Below are positions 16,755-24,818 of a stretch of 31,624 nt of DNA, piece by piece. A model generated the notes under the pieces. That model saw only the letters and a program-made list of their open reading frames with translations, had not been told where the DNA came from and did no database searches. Both the position numbers and the translations under genes were made by a program. The DNA comes from a virus (lineage: Duplodnaviria > Caudoviricetes), in IMG/VR virus record IMGVR_UViG_3300049183_000009, positions 1-31,624 of that record, one strand, 5' to 3'. Position 1 is the stretch's first letter. Each line of letters opens with the position of its first letter.

Positions 16755-17090
16755 TCAGGTCTTCTTCTGGTTTTGCGGCAGGCCTGCGGCGTAGGCCACG
16801 GCAGCCTTGTCGTCGTCGGCGTCGCCAGCCTTAACCAGGCCGCGCGCCACGTCGGCGGGCAGCTCGCGCACGTCGTTCGGGTTGCCGTGCTCGCAGGCGA
16901 TGAGGAGGCGCACCTTCACGGGCTTGGCGCCCTTGGTGGGCGCTTCGGCCAGCTTGGCCTGGCCGTTGGCGATGAGCTTGTCGGCTTCATCTTCGGGCGC
17001 CTCGAACGTGGCGCCAACGGGGATCTCGGCCTGGTCGGCCGCGAAGGTTGCGGCGGCGATCACGGCCAGCGCAATGAGTGACTTTTTCAT
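16755..17090 (-). CDS. Small head-associated hypothetical protein
   Basis: 111 aa after the capsid gene, with two similar units ending in A..L...G.A. Confidence 0.7.
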   Translation of the reverse strand: MKKSLIALAVIAAATFAADQAEIPVGATFEAPEDEADKLIANGQAKLAEAPTKGAKPVKVRLLIACEHGNPNDVRELPADVARGLVKAGDADDDKAAVAYAAGLPQNQKKT

Positions 17091-17156
17091 GGTCGGTTCC
17101 TATGGAATGGAAAGAGCGAAGCCCAGCCAGGCAGGCCTGGCTGGAGGGTGGCGCGA

Positions 17157-18359
17157 TCAGGTCGCGGAGTGCTGATAGGTCTTCGTGCCGTTGGTGTCGA
17201 GCAGGTTGCCGCCTGCACGCGACCAAGCCAGGAAGCCCACTTGGCCCTTCTTCAGGTACGCGCTGTCCTCGAAGCGGAAGATGGTCACTTCCATGGCGTC
17301 GCGGATGATGTACTTGGAGTGATCGCCGTACGAGATCGACTTCGCGTTGGCCGCGGGCACGGGCATGTGGTTGTTGATCTCCACGGGCTGGCCCAACAGG
17401 AAGTCGGGGCGGCGGGTGGCCATGCCTTCGTCGTACGAGGGCGTCCAGATGGGCCGACCAGCGGTGTCCTTGATCTTGCGCACCAGGCGGCGCACGGACT
17501 GCGAGAACATCCAGCCGAGGCCGTCCACCTGGTAGGCTGGGTCAATGGAGTCCTGCAGGTCCACCAAGTCGTCGTAGGTCACCGTCAAGGTCTGGCCGGT
17601 AGCGCCCGTCTTGCCGACAGAAGCAGCCACCGTCAGACCGAAGGGCTGGCCGGTGCCCGTGCCCGTGGTGAACATACGATTCTGGATGCGGCCGATACGC
17701 TCGCGCAGGCGACCGTTGACCAGGGCGACCACATCGACGTTGGAGTCTTGCAGCAGCTCGATGGGCACCGTGACCACCTTAGAGCTGAACTTGACGGTGT
17801 TCAGCGGGACGGTGCCGAAAGCCACGTCGGCGTCGGTGGCGCTGACGTTCTGGGCAACGATTTCGCCTTCTTCGCTAGTGCCGTCGGTGGATGGGTATGA
17901 CAGGTCAGCGCCGTTGGTGGTAGTGATCTGGCTCGCCTGGCGGCGCATCGCACCGTAGTCCTTCAGCGCCTCGATCAGCGTGCTGGCCACGACGGGCTGC
18001 ACGGTATACCCGCCTTCCGAGCCCGTGGTGGTGCTCATGGTGTTGCGGATGGCCTCGACTTCCTGCGGGGTGAGGCGATTGCTCATCTTGCGCAGGTAGT
18101 TCTCGAAGGCGGCCACGGCCGGGTCCACCTTCTCGCCCTTGTCCTTCTTCTTGACGTTGCGGAAGTTGTCGTCGGCTTCGTCGTCCATCAGGCGCTGGGC
18201 GGCCTCGATCTGGTTTTCGACGCGCTCGGCCTCGTCCATCAGTTCGTCGAACTTGCCTTGCTCTTCCTTGGTCCAGGTGGCGGAGCCCTTGTTTTCCAGC
18301 AGGTTGCGGGCTTCCTTCTTCAGTGCGCCCAGGCGCTCCCGCAGGTTTTGAATGCTCAT
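17157..18359 (-). CDS. Major capsid protein, HK97 fold
   Basis: Coiled-coil delta domain, then GGYTV, ELLQDS, GTGTGQPFG, IKDTAGRPIW, LLGQPV and GQVGF. Confidence 0.95.
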   Translation of the reverse strand: MSIQNLRERLGALKKEARNLLENKGSATWTKEEQGKFDELMDEAERVENQIEAAQRLMDDEADDNFRNVKKKDKGEKVDPAVAAFENYLRKMSNRLTPQEVEAIRNTMSTTTGSEGGYTVQPVVASTLIEALKDYGAMRRQASQITTTNGADLSYPSTDGTSEEGEIVAQNVSATDADVAFGTVPLNTVKFSSKVVTVPIELLQDSNVDVVALVNGRLRERIGRIQNRMFTTGTGTGQPFGLTVAASVGKTGATGQTLTVTYDDLVDLQDSIDPAYQVDGLGWMFSQSVRRLVRKIKDTAGRPIWTPSYDEGMATRRPDFLLGQPVEINNHMPVPAANAKSISYGDHSKYIIRDAMEVTIFRFEDSAYLKKGQVGFLAWSRAGGNLLDTNGTKTYQHSAT

Positions 18360-18381
18360 GGTGGTCCTTTCGTGAGTGAGC

Positions 18382-18417
18382 AAATGAAAAAGCCCCCAGG
18401 GCTCTCGCCGTGGGGGC
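18382..18417 (-). terminator. Terminator-like hairpin between the protease and capsid genes
   Basis: Minus strand reads GCCCCCA...TGGGGGC TTTTTCATTT. Confidence 0.5.
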
Positions 18418-18437
18418 CGTTACGCAGCGCGGAAGCG

Positions 18438-19199
18438 CTAGGCGTTGGTGTCCAGCAGCCGCAGGCGGCGCCGGTTGTTTTCGAGGATGGCCACTTCGTC
18501 CAGCTCGGGCGGCGCGTCCTTGGGTGGGTTCTTCAGCGCCTCGGGAGCGTTGTCGTAGGCGCTCAGGTTCCAGCTGATGCCCGCCAGGTTGGTGGGCGCA
18601 TCCACCAGGCGTGAGATGACGCGGTGGGCGAAGCCGTTGGCCACGGCCTGATCAGCGGTGAACCAGGTCTCGGCCTCCATCCACTGCTGGATCTGCTCGG
18701 GCGTCTGCTTGGTGGTGGCGGCGTACACGTCCACGATGGACTTCTCCACCATGGTCAGCACGTCGGCCACCTTGCGCAGTTCGTTGTCTGTGCCCCAGGC
18801 GCCCGAGATTGCCTTGTGGATCATCAAGAAAGCGCCGTCCGCGATCTCCACCTCGTTCGCATTGACGGCGATCCAGCTGGCGCAGCTGGCCGCTACCGAA
18901 TCCACCTGGGCAATGATCTTGCCGCCGTTGGCGATGTATTCGCGCATGGCTGTCACGATGGCCTTGGACTCCATCACATCGCCGCCAGGGCTTTTGATGC
19001 GCATGCGCAAGGTGCCGCCCTGCCCTGCCTGGGACAGCGCTGCGATCACGTCCATGGCACTCACGCCCCAGTCGCCGCCGTCATAGATCACGTCGTACAG
19101 ATAGAACACGTGTTCGCCCGTGGCTTCGTTCTTGACCACGTTCAGGGGGGCGCGCGGCACCAGGCTGTTGGTGCGTAGCAGGTTGAGTAGCTGTTTCAT
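18438..19199 (-). CDS. Head maturation protease, ClpP family
   Basis: SPGGDV, AASCAS (catalytic Ser), MIH and ETWFTADQAVANGFA. Confidence 0.92.
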   Translation of the reverse strand: MKQLLNLLRTNSLVPRAPLNVVKNEATGEHVFYLYDVIYDGGDWGVSAMDVIAALSQAGQGGTLRMRIKSPGGDVMESKAIVTAMREYIANGGKIIAQVDSVAASCASWIAVNANEVEIADGAFLMIHKAISGAWGTDNELRKVADVLTMVEKSIVDVYAATTKQTPEQIQQWMEAETWFTADQAVANGFAHRVISRLVDAPTNLAGISWNLSAYDNAPEALKNPPKDAPPELDEVAILENNRRRLRLLDTNA

Positions 19200-20518
19200 T
19201 CCGTGGCTCCGGTCGATGGTGGTTTGCTTGCCGCCTTGTCACTGGGCGGGCGGTAGAGCTGGGCGGATTCGCCGCCCTTCGGTGGCAGGTTCTTGCGGGT
19301 GCGGATTTCGTCCACGCTCATCCAGCCTGGCCCGCTGCCTGGCCCGCCGATGGCCGCGCGGTAAAACTCGCCCTGGGCCTTGCTGTTGGCCTCCATCCAC
19401 GCTTCGCGGTCAAACTCCAGGTACATGCCCGCGCGGCGGAAGAGCTTGCGGTTTAGCTCCTGCTCCATGCGCTGCAGGTGCTGGCTGAGCGTGTAGGCCA
19501 GGAAGGCCCGGTTCTGCTCCTCCAGCCCGCTGCCCCAGCTGGTGGAGCCCGACGCGTCTCCGATCAGGTGGGGCGGCACGCCGAAGGCGCGGGCAATGTC
19601 TGTCACCTGGAACTTGCGCGCCTCCAGCAGTTGGGCGTCTTCGGCCGTCATGCTGACTTCTTTGGCTGTGATGCCGTTGGTCAAGACCAGCGGCAGGCGG
19701 TGGGCGTTGTCCAGCCCCGAATACTTGTTGCCGTAGGCCGTCTGCAGGTTAGTGATGGCCTCTTCCTTCATGGCGCCTGGCACTTCCAGCACGATGCTGT
19801 GGTGCGATCCGTTGCGGAAGAAGCGCCCCGAATACTCATCCATGGCCGCCGCGTTGCCGGTGGCGTTGCGCGCTGCGTACTGCAGCACGCTCATGCCGCG
19901 CAGGCCGTCGAACCCGAAGCCGGGGAAATGCAGCATGTCGTCCTGGTCCGCGCCATAGGTGCGAACGTCTTGCACGTCGTACCGCAGGCGGCTGCTGCCG
20001 CCCGATTCCACGCGGCGCGGGTTCACCGCATCCCAAGGAAGCGGGATCAGCTCACGCACGGCGCCGGAACGGCTGCGTGCGATGAAGCAGTGGCCGCTTT
20101 CGCGCAGCAGCATCTTTGAGATGGTGGTCTCCCACATGCTGGCACTGGTGAAGCGTGGCGTGGGCTCCTCGTTCAGTAGCCACCAGAAGGGGTGGTCCAG
20201 CACCTCCTCCCGGCCACCGGGTACGCGGCGGTACACCTTGGCCGTCATGGAGGCGATGGCACCAGCAATGCGCGTCACGCAGGCATACACCGCCGACACC
20301 CGCATGCCGCTTTCGGCCGTGACGTTGACGCCCGAGGCCGAGGCAAAGCCACCGAGCAGCAGCTCGACCACGCGCGGGTCGCTGCTGGCGATGGTCTCGG
20401 TGGCGCCGTTGCTGGCGTTGCTGATGGCTCGCTGCGCCTCTTGCTGCGCCCGCCATTCGGTCAGGATGCGGGAGCCGGGCGTGGCAGCTCGGGCCTGCAC
20501 TTCGTTCCAGGTGGTCAT
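19196..20518 (-). CDS. Portal protein, HK97 family
   Basis: SAVYACV..IA..IAS, DGLRGMS and DAQLLEARKFQVTDIARAFGVPPHLIG. Confidence 0.95.
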   Translation of the reverse strand: MTTWNEVQARAATPGSRILTEWRAQQEAQRAISNASNGATETIASSDPRVVELLLGGFASASGVNVTAESGMRVSAVYACVTRIAGAIASMTAKVYRRVPGGREEVLDHPFWWLLNEEPTPRFTSASMWETTISKMLLRESGHCFIARSRSGAVRELIPLPWDAVNPRRVESGGSSRLRYDVQDVRTYGADQDDMLHFPGFGFDGLRGMSVLQYAARNATGNAAAMDEYSGRFFRNGSHHSIVLEVPGAMKEEAITNLQTAYGNKYSGLDNAHRLPLVLTNGITAKEVSMTAEDAQLLEARKFQVTDIARAFGVPPHLIGDASGSTSWGSGLEEQNRAFLAYTLSQHLQRMEQELNRKLFRRAGMYLEFDREAWMEANSKAQGEFYRAAIGGPGSGPGWMSVDEIRTRKNLPPKGGESAQLYRPPSDKAASKPPSTGATE

Positions 20519-22227
20519 AGCAGGACAAAGCCTTCCTCAATGATTTCTTCGAGTTCCACCCCCGCAAGCGCCCGTCCGAACGCCATCAACATCGCCATGG
20601 GCGCATCGATCTTGTTCTCCTCGCGCTCTTTGGTGGGCGACTTCAGTTCGTTGTATTTGGATGTGACCACCACCAGGTTGCTCATCATCCAGTTCATCAG
20701 CGGGTTGTTGTCGTGCACCAGCTGGCCGCTGAGCACCAACGCCTGCACCTGCAGCAACGGTTGGGTATAGAAGCTGGACCGCTGCGTGATCTCGACCATG
20801 GGCAGCCCCTTCTCCAGCAGCGTGCGGGCGAAGTAGCCAGCCAGGGCCGGGTCATAGGCGCATTCCCGCAGGTCGTGCAGGTCGCGGTCCTTCAGCAAGT
20901 CGTTGCCAACCATGTCGAAGTCGGTCTGATTGCCCGGACTGACCTGCACGAACCCTTCTTCGATCCAGCCTGGCAGCTGCGCGATCTTGCTTTCTGCTGC
21001 GGCTTGTTCGTTGTAGTACACACGTGTGAACACGTGCCACTTACCGTCGCGCTCGATTACCTTCACCTTGGCGGCAAAGTCGTGCTTTTCCGCGAGGTCC
21101 ATGCCGGTGATGGCTTCGCACCCCTCGAAGTCTTCTTCGCGCAGGCTGCTGTCGCCGCACTTGTTCCAGGCCTCCATGTCCATCCAGGCCACGCCGGCAT
21201 TGGTCCACACGTTCAAGTGCTTCGTGAGGAAGTTGCCGCGCGCCGATGGCGTAGCGATCGCCTTTGTGCAGGTGGCGATCAACTTCTCGACCTTGGCACT
21301 GATCCCCATGTTGGGGTTTGCCTTGCGCCAGATCTTCTGGTCTTTCCAGTCGTCGCCCTCGTCAATGGTGTAGATCACACCAAACCAGGTCTCATCGACG
21401 TGCGTGCCTTCCAGCACCTTGATGGTGTACCCGCGTAGCTCGTAGCCGATGCCGCCGGTGTCTTTGCCCGCCGTGGTGATGGCGCTGATCAGCGGCTGGC
21501 TTCGGGCACCGTCCGCCGACTCGATCACGTCCCACAGGTCGCGCTTTTTGTGCGCGTGGACCTCATCCACGATGCCGCCGTGCACGTTCAGGCCGTCCTG
21601 CGTGGACGCCTCGGCGTTCATGATCTTGAAGCTGCTGGCCGAGCTGGCGCAGGTGATGTCGTAGCGGCCGACCGTCACGCCGAAGCGTGCGCGGAATTCG
21701 CTGTCGCGCAGCACCATCTCACGGGCGGTGTCGAACACCTCCTTTGCCTGCTCTGCCGTGGTGGCAGCGCTGTACACCTGGGCGCCGGGTTCGTCGTCGG
21801 CGAACGCAAGGTACAGGCCACGGCCCGCAGCGCGGGTGGACTTCGCATTCTTTCGCGCGATCTCCTCATAGGAGCGGCGGAACCGGCGCAGCCGGGTCTC
21901 CATGTGCACCCAGCCGAAGAGCTGGAACTCCGCGAAGATCTGCCAGTCTTCCAGCCGGATCTTGGCGTAGGTGACCATGCCGTCCACGTAGATCGGCTTG
22001 GCCCACTCGCCCTTGATGTGGCAAAGCAGCTCCTGAAACTGGCAGGCACGGCCACCCTTTCGCACGTCAATGACGTACGGGAAGTCATCCGAGCCCTGGC
22101 GCTCCAGGTCTTTCAGGAAGCGCTTGCACGCGAGGCGCTCGAACTTGCCCGCCACCTCCTGCTCTTCGATCACGCGGCGGGCGTAGGCCTTCGCGCGCTC
22201 GAAGTATTCGGCGTGTGGTCGGGTCAT
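20515..22227 (-). CDS. terL: Terminase large subunit
   Basis: Walker A ARKNAKST, Walker B IVDEVHAH, ITTAG, WRKANPN, GMDLA and KIDAPMA. Confidence 0.96.
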   Translation of the reverse strand: MTRPHAEYFERAKAYARRVIEEQEVAGKFERLACKRFLKDLERQGSDDFPYVIDVRKGGRACQFQELLCHIKGEWAKPIYVDGMVTYAKIRLEDWQIFAEFQLFGWVHMETRLRRFRRSYEEIARKNAKSTRAAGRGLYLAFADDEPGAQVYSAATTAEQAKEVFDTAREMVLRDSEFRARFGVTVGRYDITCASSASSFKIMNAEASTQDGLNVHGGIVDEVHAHKKRDLWDVIESADGARSQPLISAITTAGKDTGGIGYELRGYTIKVLEGTHVDETWFGVIYTIDEGDDWKDQKIWRKANPNMGISAKVEKLIATCTKAIATPSARGNFLTKHLNVWTNAGVAWMDMEAWNKCGDSSLREEDFEGCEAITGMDLAEKHDFAAKVKVIERDGKWHVFTRVYYNEQAAAESKIAQLPGWIEEGFVQVSPGNQTDFDMVGNDLLKDRDLHDLRECAYDPALAGYFARTLLEKGLPMVEITQRSSFYTQPLLQVQALVLSGQLVHDNNPLMNWMMSNLVVVTSKYNELKSPTKEREENKIDAPMAMLMAFGRALAGVELEEIIEEGFVLL

Positions 22228-22233
22228 GGTGGA

Positions 22234-22806
22234 TCAATCGAAGTCGGCGAACCCCTTGGGCGCGGCAGCGGGCGCCGTTGGTTTTTCTTCGGCCGGCTTG
22301 TCTCCACCCTCGCCCTCGAACAGTTGCAGCTGCGCGCGGATGGCGGTGGTGACATTGGCTTGCTCGGCAGGACTCAGGCCGAACTTGGCGAGCAGCGACA
22401 GCATCATCTGGCGCTCGCTCTTCAGGATCTGGTACAGCGGGTGCTGCTGCGGCATGCCGTTGGGCGTCAGCACGGTGAACGCTGCCATCGGGTCTTTGCC
22501 CTCGGAGCGCAACAGGTTCTGCTTGGCGCGGATGGAATGCCGCAGCTCTTTCACATCGGCAACGGTCTCGCACAGCTCCTCGAAGATGTCGCTGTACACC
22601 ACCGAGATCAAGTTGTAGCGGAGCAGCTCGGCGCCGAGGCGCTTCCACACCTTGCGCGCACCCGGGCTAAGGCCCTTGGGTACGGTGGGCATGCCGGTTT
22701 CTGGTCTGAAGGTGCTGTCCAAGTTGACGGCCAAAGGCCGCTTTCCCCGATTTCCTTCCAGCACCTTCAGCTCGGTGGGCTTCGCCGCCGGTCCTCGCTT
22801 TCCCAT
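22234..22806 (-). CDS. terS: Terminase small subunit, P27 family
   Basis: RGPAAKPTELKVLEGNRGKRPL...QHP...FGLSPA. Confidence 0.93.
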   Translation of the reverse strand: MGKRGPAAKPTELKVLEGNRGKRPLAVNLDSTFRPETGMPTVPKGLSPGARKVWKRLGAELLRYNLISVVYSDIFEELCETVADVKELRHSIRAKQNLLRSEGKDPMAAFTVLTPNGMPQQHPLYQILKSERQMMLSLLAKFGLSPAEQANVTTAIRAQLQLFEGEGGDKPAEEKPTAPAAAPKGFADFD

Positions 22807-22814
22807 ATCGTCCT

Positions 22815-22925
22815 CCTGGGCTACCCCCCCACCCCCCTAAAACCCGCGCACGCAAAAATCTGGGGAACCGGTCGGTTTCCGCCTTGAGAGCTGGGAAGTT
22901 TGGACACCCCCCTCCCCCTTCGAGG
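22815..22925. other. Probable cos/packaging region
   Basis: Lies between the HNH gene and terS. G/C homopolymer runs flank the imperfect palindrome GGAACCGGTCGGTTTCC (22864-22880). The assignment rests on position; the cut site cannot be determined. Confidence 0.45.
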
Positions 22926-22942
22926 CCGCGCGGGCGTGGCGC

Positions 22943-23317
22943 TCAGCCCTCGCGGTAGTTGCCCCAAGCACGGCGCACACCACGGGCCGTCTCGGCTTTG
23001 GTCTTGGCCGCGTGGCAGTCATCACAGATCGACTGCTCATTGGTCGTGTCGTCGGCGCCGCCCTCGGCAAGAGGGATGCGGTGATCGCGGATGGTGGCAA
23101 GCGTCACGCGCCCTGCCGCCTCGCAAACCTCGCACAGCGGCTTACGTCGAAACAGATCAGCGCGCATGGCCTGCAGCCTGCGGCCGGTGATGCGCTTGGT
23201 TTCCTTGGCAGCTGGCGCCCATGCTCGCTTGGGATGCTTAGGGCAGCGGCCTGTGCCATCACGCACCAGCACCCCGCAGCCAGGATGACTGCAGGGGCGT
23301 GGGGCGGCAGTTGGCAT
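22943..23317 (-). CDS. HNH endonuclease (terminase-associated, HK97 gp74-like)
   Basis: PLCEVC...DHRIPLAEGG....NEQSICDDCHAAKT. Confidence 0.92.
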   Translation of the reverse strand: MPTAAPRPCSHPGCGVLVRDGTGRCPKHPKRAWAPAAKETKRITGRRLQAMRADLFRRKPLCEVCEAAGRVTLATIRDHRIPLAEGGADDTTNEQSICDDCHAAKTKAETARGVRRAWGNYREG

Positions 23318-23322
23318 GAATA

Positions 23323-23548
23323 GTTGCCGGTTACTCGATCCGGCTCCACGAAGGGAAGAGTTTGGCCCGATGTATGCCGCAAGGCCCTGGACTGGACTTT
23401 GTGCCAGCCCTCAGCTTGTCTTGCTTGATGGCTCCGATCTGAGGCGGTCCGTGACGTAAGGCTCTACTTATGCGTTAAGGGCTCGCCACACCCAAGTACC
23501 CCGTGCGCCGCGCGCTGCCTTTGTCCGGGTAACTCGCCTGTCGACAAC
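23323..23548 (-). ncRNA. Candidate structured non-coding RNA (about 225 nt)
   Basis: No credible ORF. 5' GTTGTCG pairs with 3' CGGCAAC, and there are several internal stems (see findings). Confidence 0.5.
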
Positions 23549-23586
23549 AAAGAAAAACCCCGACAAGCTCAACACTTGCCGGGGTT
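23549..23586 (-). terminator. Late terminator (tR'-like)
   Basis: Minus strand reads AACCCCGGCAAG TGTTGAG CTTGTCGGGGTT TTTCTTT. Confidence 0.8.
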
Positions 23587-23634
23587 CCCACTGGTGCATT
23601 GCGGGTGGAGGCGCAATACACACACAGTGCCTGA

Positions 23635-23663
23635 AATGTACCCAAAAGGTCTATGTTGTAAAA
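23635..23663 (-). promoter_or_regulatory. Late promoter (pR'-like)
   Basis: TTTACA-16 bp-TACATT directly downstream of the Q-like gene and about 50 bp upstream of the terminator. Confidence 0.65.
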
Positions 23664-23675
23664 CTCCCCGCGCGT

Positions 23676-24098
23676 CTATAGCGCCCTGGCCTTGGCATCG
23701 GATACCTGGGCCGCCACCCGCTTGCGCTCCCGCTCCTCGGCCCGCGCCTCCAGCCAGGCCGCGATCGCGTGGTCTGCCTGCTCCAGCTGCGCCTTGATCG
23801 TGGACGGCGCCCGCTGCATGCGCTGCGCCGTGGCGCTGATCCCCAGGTCTTTCAGGTAGATGCATTCCAGCGTCAGAAACAGATGGCCCTTGCCCAGCTT
23901 CAGCGCGCGCACCGCCTCATCAGTCAGCGCGGCCTCCTCATCCTCCACCGGGATGGCGACATGGTTGTATGACCCACGGGACCACACCTCACTAGCCAGT
24001 ACTGACCGAGTAGCAAAGCCGCGCCCGCCACTGGCCGCGCGCGATGACCAGATGGCCCAGTTCTCCAGCCGCCGCTGGATGTGCTTAAGCCGCGCCAT
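23676..24098 (-). CDS. Q-like late antitermination protein
   Basis: IQRRLENWAIW N-terminus and a C-terminal HTH-like segment; located before the pR'/tR' arrangement. Confidence 0.75.
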   Translation of the reverse strand: MARLKHIQRRLENWAIWSSRAASGGRGFATRSVLASEVWSRGSYNHVAIPVEDEEAALTDEAVRALKLGKGHLFLTLECIYLKDLGISATAQRMQRAPSTIKAQLEQADHAIAAWLEARAEERERKRVAAQVSDAKARAL

Positions 24099-24453
24099 AG
24101 TGCCTGGCCTCGTCATCCGTCATTGGCCAAATGCACACGTGTGCACAACCAAACCGCACCACGAACTGCGCCACCTGCTGCATGCGCGGGTCCGCCTCGC
24201 CAAACGGCGTCCCCACCACATGCCCGGCCTCGATCGCGTAGAAGCACCCGGCCTCGCCTGCCAGGCCGCGCCGCACCAGCGTGTACACATCATTGCCCAC
24301 GGCCTGCGCCTTGTCCTGGATGGTGGCGTACACATTGGGCATGGCCGTCTTGATGGTGTGCAGGCCCGCATTCACAGCAGCCCGGCGCTCCTCCGGTATC
24401 ACTGCGGCCCCTTGCTGCGTTGGGGTGGGTGTACCAGTGTCCATACTGTCCAT
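24085..24453 (-). CDS. Hypothetical phage protein
   Basis: 122 aa with GAAAAGG RBS; motif MPNVYATI...LVRRGLAGE..CFYAIEAGHVVGTPF. Confidence 0.7.
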   Translation of the reverse strand: MDSMDTGTPTPTQQGAAVIPEERRAAVNAGLHTIKTAMPNVYATIQDKAQAVGNDVYTLVRRGLAGEAGCFYAIEAGHVVGTPFGEADPRMQQVAQFVVRFGCAHVCIWPMTDDEARHYGAA

Positions 24454-24664
24454 CCTTTTCTATAGAGATCATGGGTGAGTGGTCGGCGCCCGCGCGTGGG
24501 CGTGCGCACCTGCGCCCCTGCCTGCGCCCGCCCGCACCGTAAGAACGTGGTGCGCAGCCTGCCCAGGCCCTGGGCAATGCAGCGGCCTCAACCCCCAAAG
24601 CTGGGGGATGTAGGCTGCTGGTGGCATCCATGCAAACGCGTGGACACCGTGGACACATGGACAC
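24437..24664. repeat. Opposed arrays of RTGGACA(C) iterons, putative replication origin
   Basis: TGTCCAT at 24438 and 24447; GTGGACAC at 24640 and 24649; ATGGACAC at 24657. Located downstream of the primase-helicase. Confidence 0.6.
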
Positions 24665-24818
24665 CTACGACATAGGCCCATGGCAGGCCATCCCCGCCAC
24701 TGCACCGCACGCCGGGCGTCTTGCGCGCCGGACTTGCACCGTGGCGCGAATCACGCCTCCAACACGGTGATCGGTGCAGCGCGTTTCAGGCGCTGCGTGT
24801 GTGATGTAGGCCATGGCC

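Noticed and set aside
23323-23548. tRNA or protein gene in the late leader
   Set aside because: No cloverleaf, TTCGA T-loop or CCA end. ORF 23104-23382 overlaps the HNH gene and lacks an RBS.
24437-24664. CRISPR-like array
   Set aside because: The repeats are only 7-8 bp, with no spacer periodicity and no cas genes.
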